Shown here piece by piece: positions 1 through 11,400 of a stretch of 64,000 nt of DNA. How positions within the stretch are numbered: the stretch's first letter is position 1; the number at the start of each line of letters is the position of its first letter. The notes beneath the pieces were generated by a model, which was given only the letters and a program-made list of their open reading frames with translations, was not told where the DNA came from and searched no databases. Position numbers and translations under genes: made by a program. The stretch comes from Cystobasidiomycetes sp. EMM_F5 (lineage: Eukaryota), in the NCBI GenBank assembly GCA_051047955.1, contig JBPGPT010000015.1, positions 1-64,000 of the forward strand, read 5' to 3'.

Positions 1-340
1 GCCTAGGGGTAGAGAGAGTGGAGGGAGAAGGTGGGCGGAGTGGAGAGGGGTAGGAAGTGAGGCTGCCCAGCCTAGGGGTAGAGAGAGTGGAGGGAGAAGG
101 TGGGCGGAGTGGAGAGGGGTAGGACGTGAGGCTGGCCAGCCTGGAGGGGTAGAGAGAGAGAGGGCGGAGAGGGTGGGCGGGAGTGGGGAGGGGTAGGAAG
201 TGAGGCCAGCCTGAGGGAGAGGGAGTGGGTGAGTGAGGGTGAGTAAGGGTGGGTGGGCGGGATAGGAGAGGGTAGAAAGGGCAGGCCAGCCTGAGGGAGA
301 GGGAGTGGGTGAGTGAGGGTGGGTGGGCGGCTGGCCAGCC
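1..340. repeat. G/purine-rich degenerate minisatellite, ~69-bp unit
   Basis: GCCTAGGGGTAGAGAGAGTGGAGGGAGAAGGTGGGCGGAGTGGAGAGGGGTAGGA... starts at 1 and 70 (near-identical). Diverged copies begin at about 139, 209 and 289, each after a (G)GCCAGCCT-type junction. The array runs off the left edge of the window. Confidence 0.9.
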
Positions 341-1400
341 AAAGAAAGGGAATAAGTGCGACGGCCAACGTGAGAAGAGGAGGGAGAATGGGCTTGCCAG
401 GCCTATGGGATGGCTGAGTGCTGACAGGCAAAGCGCAGAGAAGGTCGGGTGTAGCTGGCATTCGTACAAGTCGACATTATCGTGGCGCCGTATGAAATCT
501 GTGTCGGAACAATACAAACACCGCTGAAATGTCAGTAACCGTTCTTCTATCAGCAAAGCGAACAGATTGCGACCCTACAGATGTGGTTGCCATGCGATGA
601 CCGTCGTGGCTGGCTGCCTTATCCGATAAGCTGTAGCATCGCCGAAACGCCAGATAGTCTGCCAATCAGCCATTCACCCTCCAACCTAGCGTGAGGCACC
701 CATATTAGCATGAGCTGCAATCAAGGCGCAACAGCAAGCCAGCGCATGTATTCGAGGTGCGGAGAAAGAGGCGACCATTACTCACGCGACGGGCACTGCT
801 GCTGGCCATGCACTCGGCTTCCATCAGCCGTGTTCAGAGAGTCATCAGATTAGTAAGCCAGAGTTGTGCAGGCCAGCACAGCGTCAAAACGAGCAAAACG
901 CTGGTGCTGGCAAACGGCTTAGAGGGCTGTCGTGGGCTTTTGTGGACAGCCTCCTGATACGCTGCGAAAGACTTTGGTTAAGCTAGAATGTTGATAAATA
1001 TTGTAGTATGGCTACAACAATGCATTTCCTGTGTTTGTGCAGTAGTCAGTCCTCCCGCCACCGAGGTCACTTCAGAAAAATGAGCAAGGGCGCACCCTCC
1101 TATCCAGGACAACTAGACGACCAGTCAGCTTCTCCTGCATCTCCTCTGGTATTCTTGTCAGTATTGTATGCTCGTTCGCATAAAGACAGCGGCACGGCTG
1201 CGAAGGCAGACGATGTCAGCTTGCAGGCGTTGCTGATGCTTCGCAGGCAGCTTCACCCACCAAAAAGCCAGAGCTGCCGCAGTATTAATTCTCCTTCGCC
1301 CTCTTCTTCTGCATATTCTTCTTGCAACCCGTGTTAACGCATCGCATAGCTTGGTTGTTGATCGAAAGAAAACAAACGCGTGCGCGACCACAGCAACGGG

Positions 1401-1494
1401 CAGCAGCAGGCAGACAGCAGCAGGCAGACAGCAGCAGGCAGACAGCAACAGCTCACAGCGTGACGATACGTTGCGTTACGATACGTTACGATAC
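1401..1494. repeat. Two adjacent short tandem repeats: (CAGCAGCAGGCAGA)x3 and imperfect (ACGATACGTT)n
   Basis: 14-bp unit at 1401, 1415 and 1429; ACGATAC(GTT) at 1463, 1478 and 1488. Confidence 0.9.
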
Positions 1495-1517
1495 AGGCGG
1501 ATTTCTGCCGGACCTTC

Positions 1518-1939
1518 GCATCACAGCACCTTATTTGTTCGATTCGACCGGCAGCCCTCGATATTTGTAAGTAGTATTGATGCCTGATGTGTTTTGGCAC
1601 ATCTGACGCGTGTTTTTCCGGAAGGATGGGCAATTGGACTATTTGTGCATTTTTATTCGTCAGCGCCTTCATTACGGCGTTTCTCTGGAAGAAGCTCGGC
1701 TCCTCAAGCGAATACAGAAGCAGCAACACTATGGGTGTAGAGACAAAGTAGATTGCATTACATTTCGACCGGCATCTCTTCACTGCTTGCGTAATGCAAA
1801 ATTTCCTGCTGATATTGCTGGATTTTGCAGACTGCTCATTGTAATCAGCGAAGGCCATCGTAATCGCTTCTACCACAGACTGTTCTTCTGTGCATTGGCA
1901 TAGATCTAAATGTCTCTCACTCGCACAACGTAACTTTTG
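1518..1939 (+). pseudogene. Duplicated 3' fragment of the MFS gene at 3021-5155 (part of penultimate exon, last intron, last exon, 3' flank)
   Basis: Near-identical to 4922-5341. One substitution in the coding part (1547 A vs 4951 G), the intron is retained, and there are a few substitutions plus a 2-nt indel in the 3' flank. Confidence 0.93.
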
Positions 1940-1950
1940 TGGAATGGTGA

Positions 1951-2454
1951 CAGCTTGTTGCCAAGATTGGCGAACTCAATCAACAGATCGCAGCATGTCA
2001 GGCCACAATTCGCGAAAAACAGCGGGAAAAGGGCAAGTATGACTGGGTCAAGGTGAGTAATCTCTGCGCTTGCTTTCCGCGCTTGCTTTATGCAACCGCT
2101 CGATTTGCTGACGTTTTCAACCAGTGATGGCCGTTCCCTCCAGGTATTGGTGTCATAATCAATGCAATTGTGGAAGCCATCACGAAGAACCAAGATGCCA
2201 TCAACTCTCTCAGTCGACAAGTCAATCAGATCAACGGTGTCAAGATGGCTGTAGAGTCCGCACGCAGCATCGAATCGCCCCTCGGCATGACACTTTCTAG
2301 CTTGTCCGGCAGCTGGAGCGTAGTAACAACCCAGACAAACAACCTGGACGCTTTCCTCAATACGATCAACAAGCTGCCAAACCTCGAGCCAACGTTTGTA
2401 CCTGTAATCCGACAGACTTGGGTCAAGCTGTCTGCTGATCTCGGCGCATGGTAA
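1951..2454 (+). pseudogene. 5'-truncated, stop-disrupted fragment of a coiled-coil protein resembling Hbl/Nhe/ClyA-type alpha pore-forming toxins
   Basis: Exon 1951-2052 (QLVAKIGELNQQIAACQATIREKQREKGKYDWVK), intron GTGAGT..GCTGAC..CCAG at 2053-2124, then an in-frame TGA followed by WPFPPGIGVIINAIVEAITKNQDAINSLSRQVNQ...LSGSWSVV...IRQTWVKLSADLGAW*. The family is inferred from the helix / hydrophobic segment / helix / Trp pattern only. Confidence 0.5.
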
Positions 2455-3020
2455 GTCGCTATTGTCTCTTCGAGCGCTGTCACTCCCAAAGTCCGCTGCT
2501 AGATTAGTTGTAGCGTACGTGATGTCGCGCGGGTTGTTTCAATGAAGTGGTCTGGCCGGCGAGGTCGTGCTTCCGTTCTTCCTCTGATTGTACCTCGATA
2601 TTGCCCCATCCGCGAAGACCAGCACTTCCCAGTAACCCGCGCACTCATGGCAAAGGTGAGAAGGCGGACAGAGTCCCACCCATAGTTGTGAAGCGATGTG
2701 CATGTGCCGCTGTGCAATTGCGACCCGCGTGCGACCATGACATCGTCAGGCAGTCAGTCATGCAGAAAGTATCAACCAGGAGTCAATTGTGAGAAAGGCT
2801 GATTGAAGAATGGCCGACTACGTCCAATCAAACGCATCTCTTGGTCGCCCTGACCTCAACAGAACGACACTGGCTGGGCCTGCTGCGCAGATAATGAATT
2901 TACTTTTGGTCGGTTCTTATCAGTAAAAATTGTAACCCGGCCGGGACCAAATACTACTAGTATTTCACGAGAACAAGCAGAGACACTCGACCATTTTCTT
3001 CTCCTATCCACACCACCAAC

Positions 3021-5155
3021 ATGGACGACAGCAAAGATGAATCAATCTATGATACGACCACCGAAGTCAATGATGCGGAGATGGAGTAAGTGGCGTCCAT
3101 GAATAGCCTAACTCAAGTTGCTTCTGACACTACTTTGACAGACGTCGAATCTTGCGCAAATGTGATATGCGTATAATTCCTCTCCTTTGTCTATCATACC
3201 TGCTCAACTACCTGGGTCAGTTCTAATCATTAGCTCTACGAGCGTGGGGCTGCTGGGGTCCCCACGCTCACAAGCACGATATCGTTTGCGCCTAACTTGA
3301 TATTGGCTGCCTAGATCGCACAAATCTCGGCAACGCAAGAACGCTCAATAGCACAGCGCCCGACAATATGCTCACTGCGCTCGGCCTTGACGGAAATAAG
3401 TATAATACAATTGTTGCCATTTTGTGCGTCAACAATTGTACCCGTTGCTGGGAAATAGCTAACACCCTTAAATCGACAGCTATGTGCCCTACGTCCTATT
3501 TGAATTCCCATCAAACATCGCCATGAAGTACTTTACGCCTTCGAAGTGGATTGCTCGAATCATGGTTTCGTGAGCTTTGTAGACAAGTACTCTTCGTGAA
3601 GCTAAGGCTCTACCACTACGCAGATGGGGCATTGTAACAATATGCACAGCCGCAGTAAAGTCCTATCAAACACTCATCGTCTGCCGTGTCGTTTTGGGCA
3701 TCGCGGAAGCAGGGTTCTTTCCTGGTGTGATCGGATATCTCTGTAATTGGCCCATTTATACATCAAAATCAAGCGCTGACGTCTTCATGACTTCTGACAG
3801 GCTTTTGGCGAGTATAGCCCACACCTGAGGGCAGACTATTGGCACTTATATCGATTTTCCCAGGTACACCCCAAGCGAAAGAGGCAAGCGGATGGCCATC
3901 TTCTCAGCAAGCGTAGCTATCTCTGGTGCTTTTGGTGGATTGATTGCAGTACGCCGAAAACTCTACTTCATAACTTGTTCGATAACCTTGAGCTTTGCAG
4001 ACCGGAGTATCTTATATGCATGGCCTGGCCAATCTAAGTGGCTGGCAATGGCTGTTTATTCTTGAAGGAATACCCGCTATCATCGTTGGAGTCGTGGTGT
4101 ATTTCTATTTGCCGGACTACCCCGAGACAGCCAAGTTTCTTACGCCCGAAGAACGTGAATTCGCCGCGAAGCGTATGGGTCCACACGCCCCAAAGGGCAC
4201 TGACAAGCACTTTGATAAGGCCGATTTCTTCGCTACTATCAAGGCATGGCAATTCTGGGTCTTTGCTGTGTGTTACGCACCCTTCTCACGCGTAGCGCAT
4301 CTGCTGACTCCGCAATGAAAGCTCCAATATTTCCTTATGACAAACAGCTTGAATGCGTTTGGTTTCTTTGCGCCGAGCATGTAAGTCATCCGTATGGATA
4401 TACATTATTTTGTTGATTGCTCCTCTCGCAGCGTCCTTGGTCTCGGCTTCACTGGCCCAACTGGTCAATTGCTTACGGTTCCACCCAATGCATTCGCTTT
4501 CTTCGTCATCATTTTCAATTCTTGGTCATCCGATCGTTTCCGTGAGCGGCCTCGACATATCATCGCCGGTCTGCTCTTCACTGGTACTGGCTACTTGTTG
4601 CTGGCCGTTACTACGAATCTTGGGGCTCGATATACTGGGCTTATGCTCGCCGTACGTGGTGTCTGTCCTTCTGGTGTATGTGACTGACACTCCCCTACAG
4701 GCCTGTACAAACTCTGCTGTTATTCCCTTCTTGGCGTACCGTACAGCTACTGTTACTGGCGCTACGTCGACGTGAGCAGCGGTTCCGTGCAGAAAAACAG
4801 TTAAGCATCTGACGAAACCACGTCTAGCGCTATCGCCACGGGGGGTGTGATAGCAATAGCGGTATTTGCAGCCCCGAAGCGTGGATTTACTCATCTGACA
4901 TCTTTTTACAGAATATAGCGGGCATCACAGCACCTTATTTGTTCGATTCGGCCGGCAGCCCTCGATATTTGTAAGTAGTATTGATGCCTGATGTGTTTTG
5001 GCACATCTGACGCGTGTTTTTCCGGAAGGATGGGCAATTGGACTATTTGTGCATTTTTATTCGTCAGCGCCTTCATTACGGCGTTTCTCTGGAAGAAGCT
5101 CGGCTCCTCAAGCGAATACAGAAGCAGCAACACTATGGGTGTAGAGACAAAGTAG
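3021..5155 (+). CDS. MFS transporter, anion:cation symporter (Dal5/Tna1 allantoate/nicotinate permease-like), multi-exon
   Basis: Spliced translation includes RRILRKCDMRIIPLL, DRTNLGNA, LGIAEAGFFPG, WYTPSERGKRMAIF, GWQWLFILEGIP, LPDYPETAKFLTPEER and WSSDRFRER; stop TAG at 5153-5155. Confidence 0.9.
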
Positions 5156-5435
5156 ATTGCATTACATTTCGACCGGCATCTCTTCACTGCTTGCGTAATG
5201 CAAAATTTCCTGCTGATATTGCTGGATTTTGCAGACTGCTCGTTGTGTTCAGCTAAGGCCATCGTAATCGCTTGTACCACAGACTGTTCTTCTGCATTGG
5301 CATAGATCTAAATGTCTCTCACTCGCACAACGTAACTTTTGCCATTCCCGGACAGGTCATGACCTACAAACTAAACCAAGCAACAGCAAAACGCTCCCTT
5401 TACTCAAAGATATAGCGGCAACTCTTGTTCGTTGT

Positions 5436-7889
5436 CTAAATAATGTAGACAAATCTCGGATTCTGCTTATCCGTCAGATCATGCCATTCTCCCAGGAGAT
5501 CGGCTTTGTCGCCATTCGCGGCCTCGTATTCCGCGAGTTGAATGGCTTTTCGCTTGTTAAGGTAGACCACGTACAGCCAGTATATACCAACCAGAAGGAT
5601 AGCGACTGCGTAACATGATACTGGGCAGAAAAACGTCAATCTGGGCCGAAAAACGCATTTTTGTGTGGGAAACTTACGCATAGCTGCTACGCCCCCCTCG
5701 TATCGGGGCGCTTGCGATGCAGTGAATACCTGGGGGCCTGTATTACTACATTAGATGCATCGTGGTGTAGCATAGCGCTCTGTGTTGTCTTACCGACCAG
5801 GTTGCCCACGCAGTCTGATATCATTCAAAATGGTACCGTAGACGCTCAATCAGCCTGTCGTCCATTTTACACCAATTTGTGCCTTGAATTGCTCTCCAAA
5901 CTCACAGCCAATGTATGAGATTGCATAGGTGACCGTCTTCTTAGTGTACCCTCCAGTGTTTGCAAGCAGAATAGTTTGAACCTGTTGAAGAAACAGTTAT
6001 GCCGCAGTTGAGACAAAATCGGTCGGAAAATAAACCTGCCACAGTAAGAACGTCAACAGAGTCAGCGTACGGCGATGAGCGAAGAAGAGAGAACACTTAT
6101 ATGTATGGTCCCCAATAACAGAACAATACGTACAGACCTTACAAGGGTTGACATAATTTTAGATAGATAGGCCGACGGAGATTGAAGTCAACTTACCTGC
6201 CAAGCTGCCTCCGACGTTGGACCTTGGGACGAGATATAAAACGATGGTAGCTGCGAAAGGAACCAGGGCTGCAGCGATCGCGGTGGCGCATCTTTTCTTG
6301 GTCTTCACGGCGATGAAGGAAAAAACGAGAGACGAAATCCAGGAGATAACTCCCGTGGGAATAGCAAGGAGCTGCACATTTGGAATAGAAAAGCCGAGAG
6401 CAGCTACGATGATGGAGTTGAAAGTCTGAAAAATGCCAAAATTGAGAAACGGTGTACGAACTCTTATTAGAATACTGACAAGGACCCCATTATTGGGTAT
6501 ATTTAGGCATACTGTTTTGTGCATCTTTTCAGTCGCCTTCCTCATCATAACACAGGAGACTCACTGTTGATGCAGAATACCAGCCAAGACTTAGGATCTA
6601 GGAAAGCTTCGATGATCTGATCTTTCTTGACAAGCTTGTTTTCTATGCCAGTCATGTTGACTGCAAGACGGCGTGTTGCGATAACCTTCTCTCTCGTGCT
6701 TAGCCAGACGGCCTCCAAAGGCGACCCCGCCAAAAAGAACCAGCACAGGATCGACCAAAGGAAAGTGATTGCTCCAACGAGAATAAACAGCAGCTGCCAC
6801 TGCGCAAGACTGCCGTGGTAGATCGAGCAACCGTATGAGATTGTGCCGTTCACAACTGAGGACAATGTTGAGAAGATGACGGCCGTCCGCCAGGGCTGTT
6901 CTTCCTTCTTCCACCAAGCCGCTGCACATCGTCTCAATCAGATTACAGCCTGAACAGGTACTTGCAAGCCAAACTTACTGATAATGATGGAGAAGCCTGT
7001 AGTTCAGATAGAAGATAGAGCGCGATTTCCGTCCGTTAGCCAACAACAGATAGGACAATTTGACAAAGCTCACCGGCAAAGATAATGCTTTCAAATAATC
7101 CTAGAATGAATCGAACAACAGCCAATGTGCTGCCAAGGTAATGTGTATCAGCGGCCCTGGCAGGCAGAGCAGTGTCCCGATTTGTACTTACGCAAAGCTT
7201 TTGCAAGCAGCACTGCACATCAGAAGAACACCCCATACGGCGCAGTTGAACGATATCCACTTGGCAGTTGGAACCTTCTGCATTATGAAAAGCGACGGAA
7301 GTACGGCCACTATCGCTCCGAACTAGAGAGCAGCCTCAGCCCAAACGCACGCATGTATACGTGTGAAGCATGCTTACGTAGATCATGGAGGAGATCCAGG
7401 AGTACTGCTGACCAACCAGACCCAGGTCGACACGCATGCCAAGGGTTGCGGCTGTTCCGATGCAGACCTTGTCTACGGCTCCCACTTCAGTGCACATATC
7501 AGCATTTCTGTGTATATCTCCTTGCACCGGGACGTTGTAACGTACTCATGAGCGCAAATTGCGACAGCGTAATCACTATCGGATCAATCTGACAGCGGCG
7601 GGCGTCCGTCAACTCAGACTCCGCTTTCTTAGTGCTCTCATCAACTCACTTTACGTCGTAGAATCTTCCTCTCCTCGGCGGGCGTCCAGTCTGCAAGAAG
7701 CTCGGGGTTGGTGGTCGCAACTTCTGCCAGAAACTTTGCAACACTATCATCTTTACTGAAAGAGGGCGAAAGGCATCAGCACAAGCATATGTGAGGGGAC
7801 CTCAGGGCATACTTTGTGACGGCTTCCACCTGTGTGGTCGTTACCACAGCCTCCGACGAGCCATTTAACGATGACTTTTCTGCATCCAT
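5436..7889 (-). CDS. MFS transporter, Dal5-like allantoate/ureidosuccinate/dipeptide permease, multi-exon
   Basis: Motifs LGLVGQQYSWISS, VRFILGLFES, WWKKEEQPWR, WQLLFILVGAIT, NTGGYTKK and the typical C-terminal DLTDKQNPRFVY. Start at MDAEKSSLNG is inferred. Confidence 0.9.
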
Positions 7890-8015
7890 CTTGCTGTATG
7901 TGACGGGAGAATTGGATCTTAGTATTGAAGAAGGCAGGGGAGATTGAAGATTGAGAAAAGGAAGAAGCGAGAACTTCAAAGAGCACAAATATCAGAGGGC
8001 GACACAGACAGAGGA

Positions 8016-8284
8016 TTATCAGCCGTTATCCCCCGGTTTCTCTTGTGTGCTGTCTCACGGAAGAGAGAAGAGCTTTTCCGAAGGTAGTTCCGGAATATCT
8101 TGGATAGACAACTCTGCAAAGCCTTTGATATGGGCGTTTGATAACCGGAAGTCTTGATAATTCCGAAACATACTTCCGACTAAAATCCCGTCGAGGTCGC
8201 GAAGCTTTCGCCACCTCGAGCCCGGCTACCCATGGCGGATTTATCGAAATTCTTGTTCTGGAGGCTACCGGCGAACCTGTTATC
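8016..8284. promoter_or_regulatory. Divergent promoter (permease / 5-oxoprolinase) with clustered GATAA and TTCCG elements
   Basis: GATAA/TTATC at about 8016, 8026, 8140, 8156, 8241 and 8280, plus other GATA cores. TTCCG at 8076, 8088, 8161 and 8174; CCGGAA at 8145. Confidence 0.6.
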
Positions 8285-8428
8285 AGTACGACTTCTGTCC
8301 TTATACAATTCAGTCGACAAGTCTTAACAGCGCCTCTTCCCAAAGTCCGTTCAACAGTGCCGTCACCATCTCAGTCTTTAAAGCGACAACCGGTCAATCC
8401 ACCCTTCATTGCACGCCGTACACCCATT

Positions 8429-11400
8429 ATGCCTTCTGTATCGCGACCGTCTCGCGTCAAGATAGCGATTGACAGAGGGGGAACATTTACAGACTGTCTG
8501 GGCATAAGCGAAAGCAAGGGGAATATCCTTGTAAAGCTGCTGAGTGTGGATCCCGCCAAGTGAGCTGCATCGTTGCGGACATGCTGTACATACAGCTAAT
8601 GCCCACGTCTCAGCTATCCCGATGCGCCCACAGAAGGCATCCGCAGGATCTTGGAGTGGTTTACCGAAGAAAGCATTCCACGAGGACAACTCATCGATTT
8701 GTCTCGATGCGAGTTCGTAAGAATGGGCACCACCGTGGCCACTAACGCTCTTCTCGAAAGAAAAGGCGAGCGTCACGCACTTATCACTGTAAGCGAGGGA
8801 TACCAACTACAGGCAACGCGCTTATGGCTAATACTATGGCTGAATGCCTTCAGACGAAAGGTTATCGAGATGTCATCCGCATCGGTAATCAAACGAGGCC
8901 GAAGCTCTTTGACCTCGCAGTTCGCAAACCGGATGTCCTATATTCTAAAGTAGTAGAAATCGACGAGCGATGTACCGTCGAATGGTCGGAACTTGTTGAG
9001 GAGGGAGCGACTGTTTCAACTGATGGACATCGTTTGGTTACTGGCTTATCTGGAGATGTAGTACGGGTCATCAAGGATATTGGTCAGTGCAGCGACGTAT
9101 ACTGTTTAAAAGGACACGCTGATTCGGGTTGCAATCGATAGACACAGACGAGGTCAAACAACAACTCCAGCTTCTATACGATGAAGGGTACAGATCGCTA
9201 GCTATCGTCTTCATGCATAGCTATACCTTCCGTGATCACGAGGAGACGGTCAGCAAGATCGCAAACTCGATTGGTTTCGAGCACGTATCTCAATCCTCGG
9301 ATCTTCAAGCGATGATACGTATTGTTCCCCGAGCAAATAGTGCTTCTGCAGATGCCTACCTTACACCAGAAATCCGAAGATATTTGGCACAGTTCGCTAA
9401 GGGATTCGTTGGCCAATTGGGAGGAGACACCGGCTGCCAAGTATCCTTCATGCAAAGCGATGGCGCCCTAGTCGATTTCCGCAACTTCTCAGGTTTACGA
9501 GCGATTCTTTCTGGACCTGCCGGGGGCGTAGTCGGATATGCTTTGACTTGCTACGATGCGGAAGAAGGCACTCCTGTGGTCGGCTTCGACATGGTATGTG
9601 GAAGTGCGTGCTAAGTTTACCCCGAGTACTAACCCTGTTTACTATAGGGCGGCACATCAACCGATGTCTCAAGATACGGCGGACAGCTTGAGCACGTCTT
9701 TGAGACAGTGACTGCTGGTGTGACTGTACAGGCACCTCAATTGGATATCTCGACGGTCGCGGCTGGCGGAGGGTCTATGCTCTTCTACCGAAACGGATTA
9801 TTCGTTGTCGGTCCAGATTCTGCTGGAGCTCATCCCGGTCCGGCCTGCTACCGCAAAGGCGGACCTCTGACGGTAACGGACGCCAATCTATTCCTTGGAA
9901 GGCTGCACGTCGATTCATTCCCCAAGATATTTGGTCCCACAGAAGACATGCCGTTAGATTATGACGCATCTGCAAAGCTGTTTACAGACCTCACCAAACG
10001 TATCAACGAGGACAGTGGCGGCAATCTCACTCCCGAAGCTGTAGCATGCGGTTTTATCGATGTCGGTGAGTCTAAGTCTAGTCGTTTTTGCATGACGCAG
10101 CTCATATTGCCGCCTAGCCAATGAGACGATGGCGAGACCTATCCGAGGACTGACAGAGGCGAGGGGCTTTTCGACATCCGACCATAACTTGTCGTGCTTC
10201 GGAGGTGCTGGCGGACAGCATGCATCAGCGATTGCTGCTGCGCTCGGCATTCATAACGTCATTGTGCACAAGTATTCCTCCGTGCTTTCAGCTTACGGTA
10301 TGGCTCTGGCCGACATCGCTGTCGACCTTACTGAGCCTTCAAGCGAAGTGTACGAGGGCAAGGTGCTCGCCAGACTCATGCCCAAAATTGATGCATTGAA
10401 AGCTCGAGGTCTGAAGCAACTCAAGGAACAGGGAGTCAAGCCATCGGATGTGGTATATGAAGTTTATCTCAACATGCGCTACCATGGATCAGACACTTCT
10501 ATGATGATTCTACAATCTGATGAAGCAGACTTTGGCGACTCATTTAAAGATCAGCACATGCGAGAATTCTCATTCAACTTGGACAAACCACTTCTTGTAG
10601 ACGACATTCGCGTTAGATCTGTCGGAAAATCCCCGGAATTGCGCGGATCAGGCTCGAGCAAATATGCGGCTGACCTCGAGAGCTTGGAACGCACAACGGT
10701 TACACCACAGCAAGCGTTCGTTCGCCAGAAGATCTACTTCCGAGAAAGCAATGGGTGGGCGGACGCCTCGATTTACCGCCTCAGCGACCTCAAGCCAGGA
10801 TCAGTTGTACCAGGGCCATCTGTTATTCTGGATGCCACGCAGACTATCCTTGTTCACCCCAGCAACAGTGCGGTGGTCTTGAACGATCACGTCTATATCG
10901 ATATCGGCCTAGGTCCTCGTAAGAAGGCAGATCTCAGCAGTGTCGACCCTATCCTACTATCCGTGTTTGGCTCGCGCTTCATGTCCATCGCGGAGCAGAT
11001 GGGAAGAACATTGCAGAAGACATCGATTTCGCTTCAAATCAAAGAGCGCCTAGAGTGAGTCATTGCTGTATACAGGTTAGCGCGCTGCAAGTGGACTAAC
11101 TAGATCTCCGTTGACTCTAGCTTTTCTTGCGCCGTTTTTGATGGAAATGGGGAGCTTATCGCAAACGCGCCCGCTGTGCCGGTTCATCTGGGAGCAATGT
11201 CGTACGCCGTTAAGTTCCAGGCCAACCTCTGGGCTGGCAAATTGAAGCAAGGCGACGTGCTTGTGTCAAACATGCCTACAGCGGGAGGATCGCATCTTCC
11301 AGACATAACAGTCATCTGCCCGGTGTTCGAAAACGGTGATATCGTGTTCTGGACTGCAGCTCGCGCTCATCACGGCGACATTGGCGGTCTTAAAGGGAAC

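Noticed and set aside
1..340. Telomere or CRISPR array
   Set aside because: No TTAGGG-type short unit, no unique spacers, and the context is eukaryotic with no cas genes.
72..461. 129-aa Pro/Leu/Ser-rich minus-strand ORF
   Set aside because: It is simply the translation of the C-rich strand of the minisatellite.
1334..1903. ORFs 1334-1876(-) and 1610-1903(+), and their twins 4906-5280(-) and 5014-5256(+), as a duplicated novel gene
   Set aside because: These are antisense or off-frame readings of the permease's last exons and 3' flank; the real frame is MGNWTICAF..VETK*.
2125..2127. In-frame TGA as selenocysteine or recoding
   Set aside because: The fragment is already 5'-truncated and TGA is used as a normal stop in intact genes here, so decay is the simpler explanation.
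1518..5341. LTR retrotransposon with ~420-bp LTRs
   Set aside because: The repeats are permease exon/intron sequence, lack TG..CA ends, and the interior has no gag or pol.
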